From Chiloscyllium plagiosum (taxonomy: Eukaryota), in NCBI RefSeq assembly GCF_004010195.1, contig NC_057735.1:7499237-7556006 (forward strand): 56,770 bases of DNA, written 5' to 3'. Below the pieces are notes generated by a model. It was not told the origin of the DNA and made no database searches. It worked only from the letters and a program-made list of their open reading frames with translations. Position 1 is the stretch's first letter. Each line of letters opens with the position of its first letter. Shown piece after piece: positions 36,485-50,231 of this stretch. The position numbers and the translations under genes are program-made.

Positions 36485-38786
36485 CCTCTGCTACTCACCT
36501 CCCACCAAGGCTCATGTTCCACTATTTTCACTGTTGCCTGCAGGATCTGCCTTTAGTCATTGTCCCTCATCCAAACCTCTGGCACCACTATCCCTGAACA
36601 TCCTCTGCTTTGCCTGCTCACTCACTTGGGATAACTTCCTACGTGCACAAAAAACAATTCAGCTGTGTCATCATCTTTCATCTTCTTTAATAGGGCAGAA
36701 AGAGTCAAGACGAGAGCTGGGCTGTCAGATATTCAGCTTCTCAGCCCTTAAATGAATGCAATCCTAACTGTGACCTCCCAAGTGGCTGACAGACTGAGTT
36801 CAAAACTCTAGTCTGGTATCAGAGACTGGTCTTGACTTCCTGTGCTGTGAAATACCTGAGAGAAGGTTATCCCTCTTGATTTGATTGAGACCAACTGACA
36901 ATTATGATGAGCTTCCAAACTTTGTGCCTGTGCTAAATGGTGAGGCATGACACAAGTAATATGAGCCTGGTACCTCGGACTGAGAGAATAGTATGCAAAA
37001 AGATAAGGCATGGAGAGGCAAGGCGGGTGTTCTAAGTATGCAGGTAGGCTTGGAACGAGTGCAAACAAACAGGCCAGATATACAGCCTGGTCTAGTCCAT
37101 GAGCTGGTGAATGTCCCTGGCTTTACAATGTCCTTACTACAACGTTATAATGATGTTTGCTATTGCAATGTTAAAGTCCAGATCTGTTCTGTAAATGGTT
37201 TGGAGATGTATCATGAGGGTTCTTAAAGGCTAGCACCAGTTGTAATGCCAATGTCCGTCGATGTGGGGCTGAAGCATATGACGTACACAGTGACATGTTG
37301 GTGCCCAGTATTCAATATGAAGGCCTTTGGAGCAACTGAAGAGCATGATTTAGCCAGTTAGCTGCTCTGATTTCCATTTCGAGAATTCTCGATGGCTAGC
37401 TGAAGCTAAATATTGATGAGGTCAGTTGTGACATTAATGAGGCATTTAACAAGTTATAATCCTCCTTAATTGGTGTATCATCACTTCTTGTTGAGAAACA
37501 TGCCTCACTATAGATGCATAAAACATATAGCAAGTTTTTCTCGATGCAGAAATGGGCCTTACTGGAATTCTCGCCCCATTCTGACACAAAATTCACCATA
37601 TCCCATGTCATCTACAATTCTATAAGATTCTGCTCACTGTGTTTATTATCTTCAAAGACTTTCTTCAAGTCCCTTTACGTTCCCTTGTTGAACGCCAATG
37701 GAAAATGCTGTCCTTGCCTTGTCCAGCCTACACAAAACTTCAGACCCACAGCAATGTTGTTGACAATAAGGTCGTCCGTGCAGTTGGTGCTGGATCATAA
37801 ATGCTGGTCTGGCCAATGACACCCACAACCTATAAAGGAATAAAGAAAAACTTCCTTCCTATGTTCTTGTTGCATGAACTATGTGGTTTTCCCTCTCCAA
37901 ATCCTACTGCAGTTGAGGGCGTTGTAGAAGAATATGAAAAGTTCATAAAGATGTGTGCCAGTAACACCACCCACTATGGTGAACCACATGGACCTGACAG
38001 TGAACAGTTTAGAATCTCGAAGATGTTACAGCCTAACATCCAGGCCCTATGCATTGTCTCTGTAACAATGTTTCTCATAATAAGAGATAAGGTAGGGTAG
38101 TAGGTTGCTGTTCAATGGTTTGGTGTGGGCTCAATGGGCCAAATGGCCTGCTTCCACACTGTTATAACAATGTGACTTGTTGCTAATAGGGATTAATAGT
38201 AGAAAATGTCCATTTAAAAGATACTTAGATAGGTACATGAATAGGAAAAGTTTGGAGGGAAATGGGCTACGAGCAAGCAGGTAGGACTAGTTTAGTTTGG
38301 GATTATGTTCGGCATGGACTGGTTGGACCGAAGAGTCTGTTTTTGAGTTGTATGACTATGACCTTTGGGCTGCTCTCTCATGAGAGAAAGAGAACTGGTG
38401 GTTGATTTAACCTGAGGATCACCATGCTTTGGGCAAGGGGAAAGGTCAAAGAGGCCTTCATGGTGTCTGTAGCCAGTGTGGGATTTAAACCCGAAGAGTT
38501 GGCATCACTCTACATACAAACCAACCATCCAGCCAACTAAGCTAACCAACTGCCTAATAGGCAGCAAGCTACCTCTTGTTCAATGCGACAGTTGTTTCTA
38601 GTTCGACCAGTGAGTGGTTTTTCTCTGTCATGCTGGGCCAAACAGTCATTGTAGTTTCCTAGGAAGTGGAAGCCAGATGCAAACCTCCCACAGAGTGAGG
38701 TGTAATCTTGGTTTTGCTAAACACGTGATAGCAGCCAACAATGGAGAGAGAGTAAAATATTTCACCTATTCCACAGTGCTGAATGA

Positions 38787-39110
38787 TTAGATTCCCTACA
38801 GTGTGGAAACAGGCCATTTGGCTGAACAAGTCCACACCGACCCTCTGAAGAGTAACCCACCCAGACCCATTTCTCTACATTTACCCCTGACTAATGTACC
38901 TAAAACTATGGGCAATTTAGCATGGCCAATTCACCTGATCTGCACATCCTTGGATTGTGGGAGGTAACTGGAGCACCCGGAGGAAACCCACGCAGACACA
39001 GGGAGAATGTGTAAACTCCACACAGACAGTCGCCTGAGGCTGGAATCAAAGCCGGCTCCCTGGCACTGTGAGACAGCAGTGCTAACAACTGAGCCACCGT
39101 GCCACCCATA
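38787..39110 (-). mobile_element. HE1-type SINE, specific to copy B
   Basis: HE1 head and V-domain; TGAATGA TSD; empty site near 4187-4193. Confidence 0.9.
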
Positions 39111-40399
39111 AATGAATGAGTTGGAAAAAATCTCAAATGTTATTGTTGTTGCCATTATGAAGAAAAGTTCACATTTATGTAGAACCTTTCACAACCTCCA
39201 GAGGTCCCAAAGTACACAAAAGTCATTTATTTATTTGAAGATATGCCATTTTTGTAATGATGCAGAAATGGTCATGAATTTATACAAAGCAAGGTCCCCA
39301 GTCAGGCAGATGAAAATAACCAGATTATCTTTTTTCCTCAGTGATTGTTGGTTGAAGAGTAATTGTTAATGAGCATTTTGTGAAGTATTTAAATTTACAC
39401 CACAGCTACTTTTCCATCAGGAACGTTTCTGTCCACATGATAGGGTAAATATGGGGTTGCATCATATGCACGTGATATGGGTTGCAGTGGCTGGCTGGAA
39501 AGCCAGTGAGACCCTAATAATATCTCTTTTCCAGAGGCCTGTTGCATCTTGAAACAATCAGGCACTCAACAGATGATAACGAGGCCATCCCCTACAATCA
39601 GGGACCTAGTGATGGACAGACTTCCCACCAAAGGCAGCTGGTCTTCAGGACCTGAATGCCATTGGAAGATAGTGAGCATAGAGCCAGAAACAGGTAGGTC
39701 ACGGTGTAAGAGGTCTCATGGGGCAGAGGTCATTGGGAAAGTGGCGTGAAGAAGGATTTGTTGGCAGCAAGGAAGGGTTGAAGGCTTTCAGCAGGTAATC
39801 CCAGCAACCAAGCCGACTGATGTAAAATCCCTTAGTCAGGCAACTGAGGGGCTTTGGACAGGGATCCCCCTGGGAACCCACAATCAAACATGGCTGAGTT
39901 TAGATATCATACTGGACATACAGCTCCCACTGACTTTATAACAATGGCAGCAAGATGAAGCCATGAATTGATCTCAGTTCAGGTCAGAGTGGGAAGCCTT
40001 CCAATAAAGGCTCTGAACAATATGGAAATGCCGTCTCCACCACCCCCTTCTCCAGCCAATTAAATGGCTCTTATCACAAACGTGGCACAATTGGTAGTAT
40101 ACCATGTGATACACATGTAATCTGAGGTAACCCTCTTCGTTGATGACTAAAGAAATTGAGGGTTTGGTTAAGAAAAAGAAGGAAGCATATATCAGGTATA
40201 AACAGGATAGATCGAGTGAATCCTTAGAAGAGTATAAAGGCAGAAGGAGTATACTTAAGAGGGAAATCAGGAGGGCAAAAAGGGGACATGAGATAGCTTT
40301 GGCAAATAGAATTAAGGAGAATCCAAAGGGTTTTTACAAATATATTAAGGACAAAAGGGTAACTAGGGAGAGAATAGGGCCCCTCAAAGATCAGCAAGG

Positions 40400-40692
40400 N
40401 NNNNNNNNNNNNNNNNNNNNNNNNNNNNNNNNNNNNNNNNNNNNNNNNNNNNNNNNNNNNNNNNNNNNNNNNNNNNNNNNNNNNNNNNNNNNNNNNNNNN
40501 NNNNNNNNNNNNNNNNNNNNNNNNNNNNNNNNNNNNNNNNNNNNNNNNNNNNNNNNNNNNNNNNNNNNNNNNNNNNNNNNNNNNNNNNNNNNNNNNNNNN
40601 NNNNNNNNNNNNNNNNNNNNNNNNNNNNNNNNNNNNNNNNNNNNNNNNNNNNNNNNNNNNNNNNNNNNNNNNNNNNNNNNNNNNNNNNNNNN
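40400..40692. other. Assembly gap (293 N)
   Basis: Run of N. Confidence 1.
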
Positions 40693-41830
40693 CTGATTAG
40701 AGATTGTCAACATGGCTTTGTGCGTGGGAAATCATGTCTCACAAACTTGATTGAGTTTTTTGAAGAAGTAACAAAGAAGATTGATGAGGGCAGAGCAGTA
40801 GATGTGATCTATATGGACTTCAGTAAAGCATTCGACAAGGTTCCCCATGGAAGACTGATTAGCAAGGTTAGTTCTCATGGAATACAGGGAGAAATAACCA
40901 TTTGGATACAGAACTGGCTGAAAGGTAGAAGACAGAGGGTGGTGGTGGAGGGTTGTTTTTCAGACTGGAGGCCTGTGACCAGTGGCGTGCTACAAGGATC
41001 AGTGCTGGGCCCTTTACTTTTTGTCATTTACATAAATGATTTGGATACAAGCATAAGAGGTACAGTCAGTAAGTTTGCAGAAGACACCAAAATTGGAGGT
41101 GTAGTGGACAGCGAAGAGGGTCACCTCAGATTACAACAGGATCTGGACCAGATGGGCCAATGGGCTGAGTAGTGGCAGATGGAGTTTAATTCAGATAAAT
41201 GCGAGGTGCTGCATTTGGGAAAGCAAATATTAACAGGACTTATACTTAATGGTAAGGTCAGGAGTGTTGCTGAACAAAGAAACCTTGGAGTGCAGGTTCA
41301 TAGCTCCTTGAAAGTGGAGTCGCAGGTAGACAGGATAGTGAAGGCGGCGTTTGGTATGCTTTCCTTTATTGGTCAGAGTATTGAGTACAGGAGTTGGGAG
41401 CTCATGTTGCGGCTATACAGTACATTGGTTCGGCCACTGTTGGAATATTGCATGCAATTCTGGTCTCCTTCCTATCAGAAAGATGTTGTGAAACTTGAAA
41501 GGGTTCTGAAAAGATTTACAAGGATGTTGCCAGGGTTGGAGGATTTGAACTACAGGGAGAGGCTGAACAGGCTGGGGCTGTTTTCTCTGGAGCGTCAAAG
41601 GTGAGGGGTGACCTTATAGAGATTTACAAAATTATGAGGGGCATGGATAGGATAAATTGACAAAGTCTTTTCCCTGGGGTCGTGGAGTCCAGAACTAGAG
41701 GGCATAGGTTTAGGGTGAGAGGGGAAAGATATAAAAGAGACCTAAGGGGCACCTTTTTCACGCAGAGGGTGGTACGTGTATGGAATGAGCTGCCAGAGGA
41801 TGTGGTGGAGGCTGGTACAATTGCAACATT

Positions 41831-42014
41831 TCTCCGGTTTCCTCCCACAGTCCAAAGATGTGCAAGTTAGGTGAATTGGCCATGCTAAATTGCCCGTAGT
41901 GTTAGGTAAAGGGGTAAATGTAGCGGTATGGGTGGGTTACGCTTCGGCGGGTCGGTGTGGACTTGTTGCGCCGAAGGGCCTGTTTCCACACTGTAAGTAA
42001 TCTAATCTAATCTA
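41831..42014 (+). mobile_element. 5'-truncated HE1 SINE inside the CR1 3' end
   Basis: ctccggtttcctcccacagtccaaagatgtgc...(aatct)3 replaces about 60 nt present in the CR1 copy at 43125-43188. Confidence 0.87.
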
Positions 42015-42112
42015 AAGGTGTGACTAGATTGGGTTGGGATATCTGGTCGGCATGGACAGGTTGGACCAAAGGGTCTGTTTCCATGCTGTACATCTCTATG
42101 ACTCTATGACTC

Positions 42113-43280
42113 TGCACCTCCAATTTTGGTGTCATCTGCAAACTTACTAATTGTATTTCTTATGCTCACATCCAAATCATTTATGTAAATGACAAAAAGT
42201 CGACCACCCAGTGCTGATCCCTGTGGCACTCCACTGGTCACAGGACTCCAGTCTGAAAAACAACCCTCCACCACCACCCTCTGCCTTCTACCTTTGAGCC
42301 AGTCCTGTATCCAAATGGCTAGCTTTCCCTGTATTCCATGAAACCTAACCTTGCTAATCAGTCTCCCATGGAGAACCCTTGTCGAATGCCCTACTGAAGT
42401 CCATATAGATCACATCTACTGTTCTGCCCTCATCAATCCTCTTTGTTACTTCTTCATGGGCTAAGAAGTGGCAGATGGAGTTTAATTCAGATAAATGCGA
42501 GGTGCTGCATTTTGGGAAAACAAATCTTAGCAGGACTTATACACTTAATGGTAGGGTCCTAGGGAATGTTGCTGAACAAAGAGACCTTGGACTGCAGGTT
42601 CATAGCTCCTTGAAAGTGGAGTAGCAGGTTGATAGGATAGTGTTGAAGACATTTGGTATGCTTTCCTTTATTGGTCAGAGTATTGAGTACAGGAGTTGGG
42701 TGGTCATTTTGCGGCTGTACAGGATATTGGTTAGGCCACTGTTGGAATATTGCGTGCAATTCTGGTCTCCTTCCTATCGGAAAGATGTTGTGAAACTTGA
42801 AAGGGTTCAGAAAAGATTTACAAGGATGTTGCCAGGGTTGGAGGATTTGAGCTGCAGGGAGAGGCTGAACAGGTTGGGGCTGTTTTCCCTGGAGTGTCGG
42901 AGGCCGAAGGGTGACCTTATAGAGGTTTACAAAATTATGAGGGGCATAGATAGGAATAATAGAAATAATGGGGTCGGGGAGTCCACAACGAGAAGGCATA
43001 GGTTTAGGGTGAGAGGGGAAAGATGTAAAAGAGACCTAAGGGGCAACTTTTTCACGCAGAGTGTGGTGCGTGTATGGAATGAGCTGCCAGAGGAAGTGGT
43101 GGAGGCTGGTACAATTGCAACATTTAAGAGGCATCTGGATGGGTATATGAGTAAGAAGGGTTTGGAGGGATATGGGCCGGGTGCTGGCAGGTGGGAGTAG
43201 ATTGGGTTGGGATATCTGGTCGGCAGGGACGGGTTGGACCGAAGGGTCTGGTTCCATGCTGTACATCTCTATGACTCTAC
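42113..43280 (+). mobile_element. CR1 LINE with 5' inversion (42113-42455 minus, 42456-43280 plus)
   Basis: The minus segment is the reverse complement of CR1 40760-41100; the plus segment resumes shortly downstream at WAKKWQMEF. Confidence 0.9.
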
Positions 43281-44191
43281 GACATGTAGTGCCCTCCTTC
43301 GGCACTGAACTGGAATGACAACTGAGATCTACAGCTGTGGGTAGAATTTGATCAAACTACGTATTAACACAGACATGAGGGTCCCAATGCAAAGCCACAG
43401 CTGGCACCACCACCATCATAACTAAGGAACATACTTTAATCCTTAGGACGTAGGTGGGGCTGTTACCAGCTGAGGTTTGAGTTGTAAGAAGTTTGAATCT
43501 TGACCTAATCCCATCACCAACCCACCCAATTCTCACTTTAGTGGAAAATGTGAGACCCGGAAAGTGTTTGACAGAAGTGCCAGGGAAGCGGCTCGGCTTT
43601 TAAGTGTGTTAATTATCCCAAATTGTTCCTTCAAATTCTCCTATTGGCTGAGAAACATGACAATTCAAGGAAGGTTAGGGACTGAGCTATCAGGGGTATT
43701 GTACATTTCCTCTTCATTGATGGATCCTGTGTCATTCCTTGGCCAGCAGCGACCAATCTGAAAGTCCCTTCTCTATCCTTCTGATCTCCCCCAACCTCAT
43801 ATAGCCACCAACATCTCAACCCAAGAAGCAGGTTTCTACTTTCCAACCCCACGATCAACCTGCAAACACAAGACATTATCCATGGAATTAAACCCCACAG
43901 AATGTGACTGAATCCCAATTTCCAGATTCCCTGCTCTTGATTACTGCAGTTGGATCAAGAAAGTTATCAATCTCCAAATGCTCCCACGAGACAAAACCAT
44001 AGGATCTGTCACATTCTGAGGCTGTGACAGGACACTATACTAATATTTCCTTTCAACACAAACTAGAAGAAATTCATCAGTGTTAATAGATGTACGTGAG
44101 AGATTCCCTATCAAAAGCACTAACTCTTATTAAAATGTTTTGTTTTGAAATATTTCTTTCCTGTTCAACTTATGAAATGTTGTCTACCCAG

Positions 44192-44512
44192 TTTCAGGTG
44201 CATTGTCAGCGGAAAAGAAAGTAGCAGGAATTGTGGGAAGAGCGATTACAATAAATTGTTCTTATGACAAACAGTACCAGCAAAACATGAAATACTGGTG
44301 TCATGGTTGGACTAATCAATGTACATATGTGGTGAGAACAAATGATCCAGAGGGACAGCAAGGAAGAATGTCAATTAAAGATAACAAGGCACAAGGAGTA
44401 TTTATTGTTACAATGGAAAACCTTCACAGGGAAGATGCAGGATGGTACAGCTGTGGTATTGATCGACCTGGACTTGATTTAAAGTTTGCCTTAATGCTAC
44501 AAGTATCTTATG
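44192..44512 (+). CDS. Gene 2 exon: CD300/pIgR-like V-set Ig domain
   Basis: 321 nt with 9 differences from the gene 1 V exon by manual alignment; canonical donor G|GTATGT. Confidence 0.94.
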
Positions 44513-44884
44513 GTATGTGTCTCACTGATTTTCTTCCTTACTCTCAACTGAAATGTTTGATGAATGTTTCACAGTTTTGAATCCTACTGCGACAGATGAT
44601 GAAACTTGAATTCAAAACGTGATCGGAAATTAAAATCTAGTCACTGGTGTCCATGTAATTATTGTAGATTGCTGTAAAAACCTATTTGGTTCACTGATGT
44701 CTTTTATGGAAGGAAATCTGCCATCCGTACCCAGTCTGGCTTACACATACCTCCAGACCCACACCAATGTGATTGAGCCTTAACTAACTTTAAAATAGTC
44801 TCGACCCTCAGTTCAAGGGCAATAAATGCTGGCCCAGCTATCAATGCCAATACTCATGAATGAAGAAAACAAACATAGGACCTA

Positions 44885-45199
44885 GGGCGGCACGGTGGCA
44901 CAGTGGTTAGCACTGCTGCCTCACAGCGCCAGAGACCTGGGTTCAATTCCCGCCTCAGGCGACTGACTGTGTGGAGTTTGCACGTTCTCCCCGTGTCTGC
45001 GTGGGTTTCCTCCGGGTGCTCCGGTTTCCTCCCACAGTCCAAAGATGTGCAGGTCAGGTGAATTGGCCATGCTAAATTGCCCGTAGTGTTAGGTAAGGGG
45101 TAAATGTAGGGGTATGGGTGGGTTGCGCTTCGGTGGGGCGGTGTGGACTTGTTGGGCCAAAGGGCCTGTTTCCACACTGTAAGTAATCTAATCTAATCT
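44885..45199 (+). mobile_element. Full-length young HE1-type SINE, specific to copy B
   Basis: Intact A box TGGCACAGTGG and B box GGTTCAATTCC, V-domain, (aatct)n tail; empty site at 7010-7022. Confidence 0.94.
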
Positions 45200-46069
45200 T
45201 AGGTACAGGAGGAGGCCTTTCAGCCCATTGCGCCTGCTCCACCTTTCAATTTGAACATAAAATATAGAATATCACACCATGCCTGTGCAGACTATGATAC
45301 CATTCTGAACTAATCCTATCTACCTATATATGGTCCATAATCCTCTGCTCCCTGTTTGTTCATGTGTCTGCCTAAATGCATCTTAAACTTGGCTAACCTA
45401 TTTACTTCTACTAGTCTGACAGTGCATTATTACGACTGATCATCACCTCAACATTATCATGTCACAGTATTCTCTGTCACCTTGATCAATCAATTTCAGT
45501 CTTAAACAGACCCAAAACTGAGTCTCCATTTCTCCATTGCCTCTGTAGTCACCCCCCACCACCACAGCTCAATGTTAAATAACCTCCCCTCTTATCCTGA
45601 GATTAGGCCCTGTGGTCTTACACTCAATAGCAGGAGAAATATATTATCTGCATCCAAGCCTGTCACACCCTGTCATAAGTTTCAATAAGGCCACCTCTTA
45701 ACTTTCAAAATTCCTAGGAATGTAGACCCAGCTTCCTCAAATCTCTCCTTGCATCATAATTCCACTATCCCAGGAATTAATCTGATAAGCTCCTGTTGCA
45801 CTCTCTGTGAAGCAAGTACATCCTTTCTGGAAAGGAAACCAAACTGTGCACAATCCGGTATGCTGTATACAATTTGCTTAACTTCAGGCTATTGATAAAT
45901 ACATTCCATGGGAATGAAATCACCACAGTTTGCTCCCTCTGTACTTGGTTCAATGTCATTAATATTAATAGCTACAAATAGTCAGAGTATTGAACAGGAA
46001 ATGTTAATTTTCTAGGAAAAGTAAACAAATCATTAACATATTTAGTAGGCTCTCTGATATGATCAACTA

Positions 46070-46275
46070 GGAGAAAGTGAGGACTGCAGATGCTGGAGAT
46101 CAGAGCCGAAAAATTATTGCTGGAAAAGCGCAGCAGGTCAGGCAGCATCCAAGGAGCAGGAGAATCGACGTTTCGGGCATAAGCCTGAAGAAGGGCTTCT
46201 GCCCGAAACGTCAATTCTCCTGCTCCTTGGATGCCGCCTGACCTGCTGCGCTTTTCCAGCAACACATTTTTCATC
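46070..46275. mobile_element. Fold-back Penelope-derived mini-element, specific to copy B
   Basis: Inverted arms; TCTCTGATATGAT repeated at 46051 and 46274. Confidence 0.85.
46185..46213 (+). ncRNA. Hammerhead core on the sense strand of gene 2 intron 2
   Basis: CTGAAGA-A-GGGC-TTCT-GCCC-GAAA-CGTC; stem I disrupted by the fold-back junction. Confidence 0.5.
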
Positions 46276-48828
46276 TCTGATATGATGCATGACAGGCATA
46301 ATTAATAAGAGATATAACGACAGTCAGACATCATGTGTTGAACCCTGTGTGTTATGTTCTGCTTGTACTGCATGCAAAACAATACTTTTCACTTTACCTC
46401 GGTACATGTGACAATAATAAGTCAAGTCAAATGATATCAGATCATTGTTAGATAGCATGTAATTAAATGTTTGCATTCAGGCTAAGGCTAATGGATTATA
46501 AATACAAAAGCAGTGAGTCTCTAAAGCAGTGATTCTCAGAAAATGATAAAGTTGGAATTCGTCCAAATGTTGGGAGCTCAGCATGGTTCATAGACTGCCT
46601 AGTATGCTGGATGATACACATAATCAAACAAATAATCAGGTCAGCCTAAATAATTCAACTCTACAAGTGAACTAAACTTCTGTTCTGCACTCTCTTAACC
46701 TACAACTTGAGGTATTCCAGATCAAAGGATAAATGAAATGAGATGCATTCATCCCATGGAATCAATGCATTTCATGAGAATGAATATCATAGAGAAAAAC
46801 AAAATGTCACAACCTTTGCTCTTGCATCTCCCAGTTGAAATTGATATGAGAATCTGGGGTGTGTGGTCACTGTTTTAACAGTAAAATAACTCCCTTTATT
46901 CATTGTTTAGTCATTGGGCTGTATTTTCCTGACCTGGTGGAGCATTTGGACCAGGTTGTGACTGGAAAAGTGATACCGATAAAGCTCCTTAACATCTTCC
47001 TGCCTGTTAGGAGAATTTCTCTGACGCAGGATGGCTGGATACAGGCAGGCTGTCAGCTAGGCCAAGAGACATTTTGCAGAGGTGATCGCATTGTCCCCCT
47101 TCCTCCAATGTAACCGCCTTGGAGGTGAACTATTGAAGGCCATTGAAGCTGGAGGCAGTAGTGAAGGAGCCATAAGGATGGACTGTCTCAACTGCATACA
47201 GTACCAATTTAGGGCAGAGTATTCCCCACAATGTTGGCCAAACTAACTGTTGGAGAGCTTGGAGCAATGATAACAATTGTAGAAGTTAGTGTCAGGATGT
47301 TCAAAGGTTTGTACTTGCTTTAACAAAATGATGGCATCAATGAGCAGTCAGAGAGCGATGCTCTCTCAGAGAGCAGCAACAGTTTGAAGAAACCAACAAA
47401 GCTGATATGGCTAAATATTTCTGAAGAAATCAGTATTAAACAACACTTCTGGAAAGATAGAAATAGCTGTCAAAACCTGACCAGATGAAGAAAGCTGAGT
47501 GTAGTCGCATATTTACCTACATTCCACTGTACACATGAGGAGATAAATAACATCCCAGAAACAGTGACATATCAGGAAAGGGGAGGGGTGAGCTCAGGAA
47601 TTCACAATAATCAGAGAATCAGGAATGAGTAAATTATTGGACCTGCAGGTGACAAGTGCCAAAGTCTTGAACAGACTTTAGTCTTGGGTTAATCCAGTTA
47701 AGTTTCTGGTGAATTCTTTCTGAATATATAATGGGTGGATTATTCAAAAATGACATTGTTATTGATTGTTTAGGAACAATGGTTGGACTATCTCTTTTTG
47801 GAGAGGATTGTGCCTGACATTAACATGGAGGAAGTTGCTTCACTTACCAGCATAAACCTGAATGTCCGGGGGTGGCTGTATACAGATATGCATGTTTCAT
47901 TAACTGAGGAGTTATGGATGGAACTGAAAATGTGTGACAATGCATGTTCAGAGAAACTGGTTCCTTCTGAATTTGTGTGCTTGCAGGATTTATGCTCACC
48001 ATGCACCAACGTGGAGTGCTGGACTTCAATGGTCCAGTTAGACAACTGAAGGCTCACACTTCACAAGTGAATAAAGGCAGCCAATGGTGGAAGGTGCAGC
48101 TGTGTAGACTCTGTGGCAGAGAGTAAATCTGTATAGCTGGCCATGGGCTTCTGAAACAATGGATGAAAAGATTAATCATTGAGAAGCAGCAGATAATCTG
48201 TGATGTGTTGACAGGATTGCCAAACTCATTGTCCATAACTGTACACAGATTGGAGGAGTCCAGATCCTCGGATGCTGCCTGAATTGCTGTGCTCTTCCAG
48301 CACCACTGATCCAGAATCTGGTTTCCAGATCAAGCCTATCTGAAAACAAAAAATGTTGGAACTCACAACAGGTGAGGCAGCATCCATGGAGGGAAAGCAA
48401 GCTAACATTTAGAGTCTAGTTGACTCTTCACTTCAGCTCTGATACGCTTTAATTGGATGGCAAAATATGCTTAAGGAATTGTATGATGTTACATGTTTTG
48501 TTACTTTAGGGACTTGTGTGTATTTTCCAAATGAATGAAGACTGTGACTAGCAAAGCACTCAGGGTCAAGCTCAGAACCTGGAGCATTTCAAAGGCAAAC
48601 TTCCCCTTCGCAAATTAACTCAATTATTTATGAATGTGTCGTAGTGAAGGACCATCAACTGATAATAAGATTGTTGGTGAATCTGGCCCTTTTTGATCTT
48701 GGGCTACTTCTCTCAGAGTTAAGGGTAAAATTTACCAATGCTCATATCTCCAAAAGTCAGGAGAGAGTCAAATAGAATTTTTAAAAAGTCTGCAATCCTG
48801 CTATTTCTTATAAAACCACAGTGTCATT

Positions 48829-49320
48829 GAGTCATAGAGATGTACAGCATGGAAACAGACACTTCGGTCCAACACGTCCATGCCGACCAGATATCCTAAA
48901 TTAATCTAGTCCCATTTGCCAGCACAGACCCCATATCCCTCTAAACCCTTCCTATTCATGTACCCATCCAGATGTCTTTAAAATGTTGTAATTGTACTAG
49001 CCTCCACCACTTCCTCTGGCAGCTAATTCCATACACGCACCACCCTTTGCGCGAAAAAGTTGCCCCTTATTTCCCTTTAAATCTTTCCCCTGTCACCCTA
49101 AACGTATGATCTCTAGTTCAGGACTCCCACAAGTCAGGGAAAAGACCTTGTCTATTTATCCTATCCATGCACCTCATGATTTTAAAAGCCTCTATAATGT
49201 CACCCCTCAGCATTTGATGGTCCAAAGTAAACAGCCCTAGCCAATTCAACCTCTCCCTATAACTCAAACCCTCCAACCCTGGCAACATCCTTGTAAATCT
49301 TTTCTGATCACTTTTGGGTT
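48829..49320 (-). mobile_element. CR1 LINE 3' end
   Basis: gagtcatagagatgtacagcatggaaacagac... same tail as 25940. Confidence 0.88.
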
Positions 49321-50231
49321 TGAGATGATGGAGTATCTCACTCTGGAGAGACAGGTCAGTGATTAAAATTTTCTAATGAGGCTCCATTTCTATTTTTAGG
49401 ATCAATTTGAATTTAATGAATTTAGGCTTTGTTTTCCTTGGTCTTCCAACTGGAGCAGGGAAATACATTTCCAATGATGCTTATGAACTGGGAACAGCGG
49501 GAGTCCAATCTGCCAGTCTCCTCCTAAGCAAAGTTCATGCCATGAGTTACCTTCATCTCAGTTGATTAACATTCATATGATCAACAAAGATCCCATCCAC
49601 CACCCAAAGTGTCCTCACCACCAGCTCCCATTTCACTTTGCCATGATCTATGTTGCCTTCCTCTCATGCTGGTCCAATGTCAGGTGAAAAATGGATTGTA
49701 AAATTCAAAGAAGGTCATTCCATTAAATTTTCTCAACCTTCACCAACCATCTCATTTTCTGATTCTCGCACACCCTCACAACCTCCAATTTCAGATAAAG
49801 TAATCTCTTTCAGCAGCAGTTCACTGAGCTCCAATGCAATTACATTCCTTATTTAAATCTGCAAAACCTGTAACCAATACCTGGTAAATTTTCATTGTAA
49901 TTTTCTGCTCCATTGATCACTGATTTGACTTGATCATATTTGAGAGTAAAATCATTCAGTAGCTTTGAAGGCTGACTGCCTGTTGCCGAAAGAAATTATT
50001 GGCACTGACTTTCACGTTGATTCATCCTCGGCATTTTTGCTCTAATCTGGAGACCTACTCTGCTTTTATCTAATGGTAGTCATTCTAGTTCAGGTTGCTA
50101 GGAGGGTCATGGAGAGTTAAATATGCTGGTGAGATTCCAACAAGAGAAGCCATGGCTAAGCTGTGTAAGATACTGAGCATTTAAGTTTTGGATATTTATG
50201 CAGTACATGAATATTTGTTTCTTTTCCACAG

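Larger units (their letters stand above)
40117..42112 (+). mobile_element. Young CR1 LINE spanning the assembly gap, specific to copy B
   Basis: ORFs 40140, 40720, 41179 and 41682; (ctatgact)n tail; 23-nt inverted CR1 snippet at the 5' end. Confidence 0.93.
34450..46830 (+). repeat. Segmental duplicate copy B (paralog 1-8360)
   Basis: Same alignment; longer because of CR1, HE1 and Penelope-derived insertions. Confidence 0.92.

Noticed and set aside
44885-44960. tRNA gene
   Set aside because: It is the tRNA-derived head of an HE1 SINE, continuing into the V-domain and tail.
34450-46830. Duplication as an uncollapsed haplotype artefact
   Set aside because: Many diverged stretches, several copy-specific TE insertions and very different C2 exons indicate true paralogs.
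46850-48150. Cluster of short ORFs (including an LNVRG motif) as a gene or L1/Tx1 element
   Set aside because: Too degenerate to assign without a database search; probably old retroelement debris.
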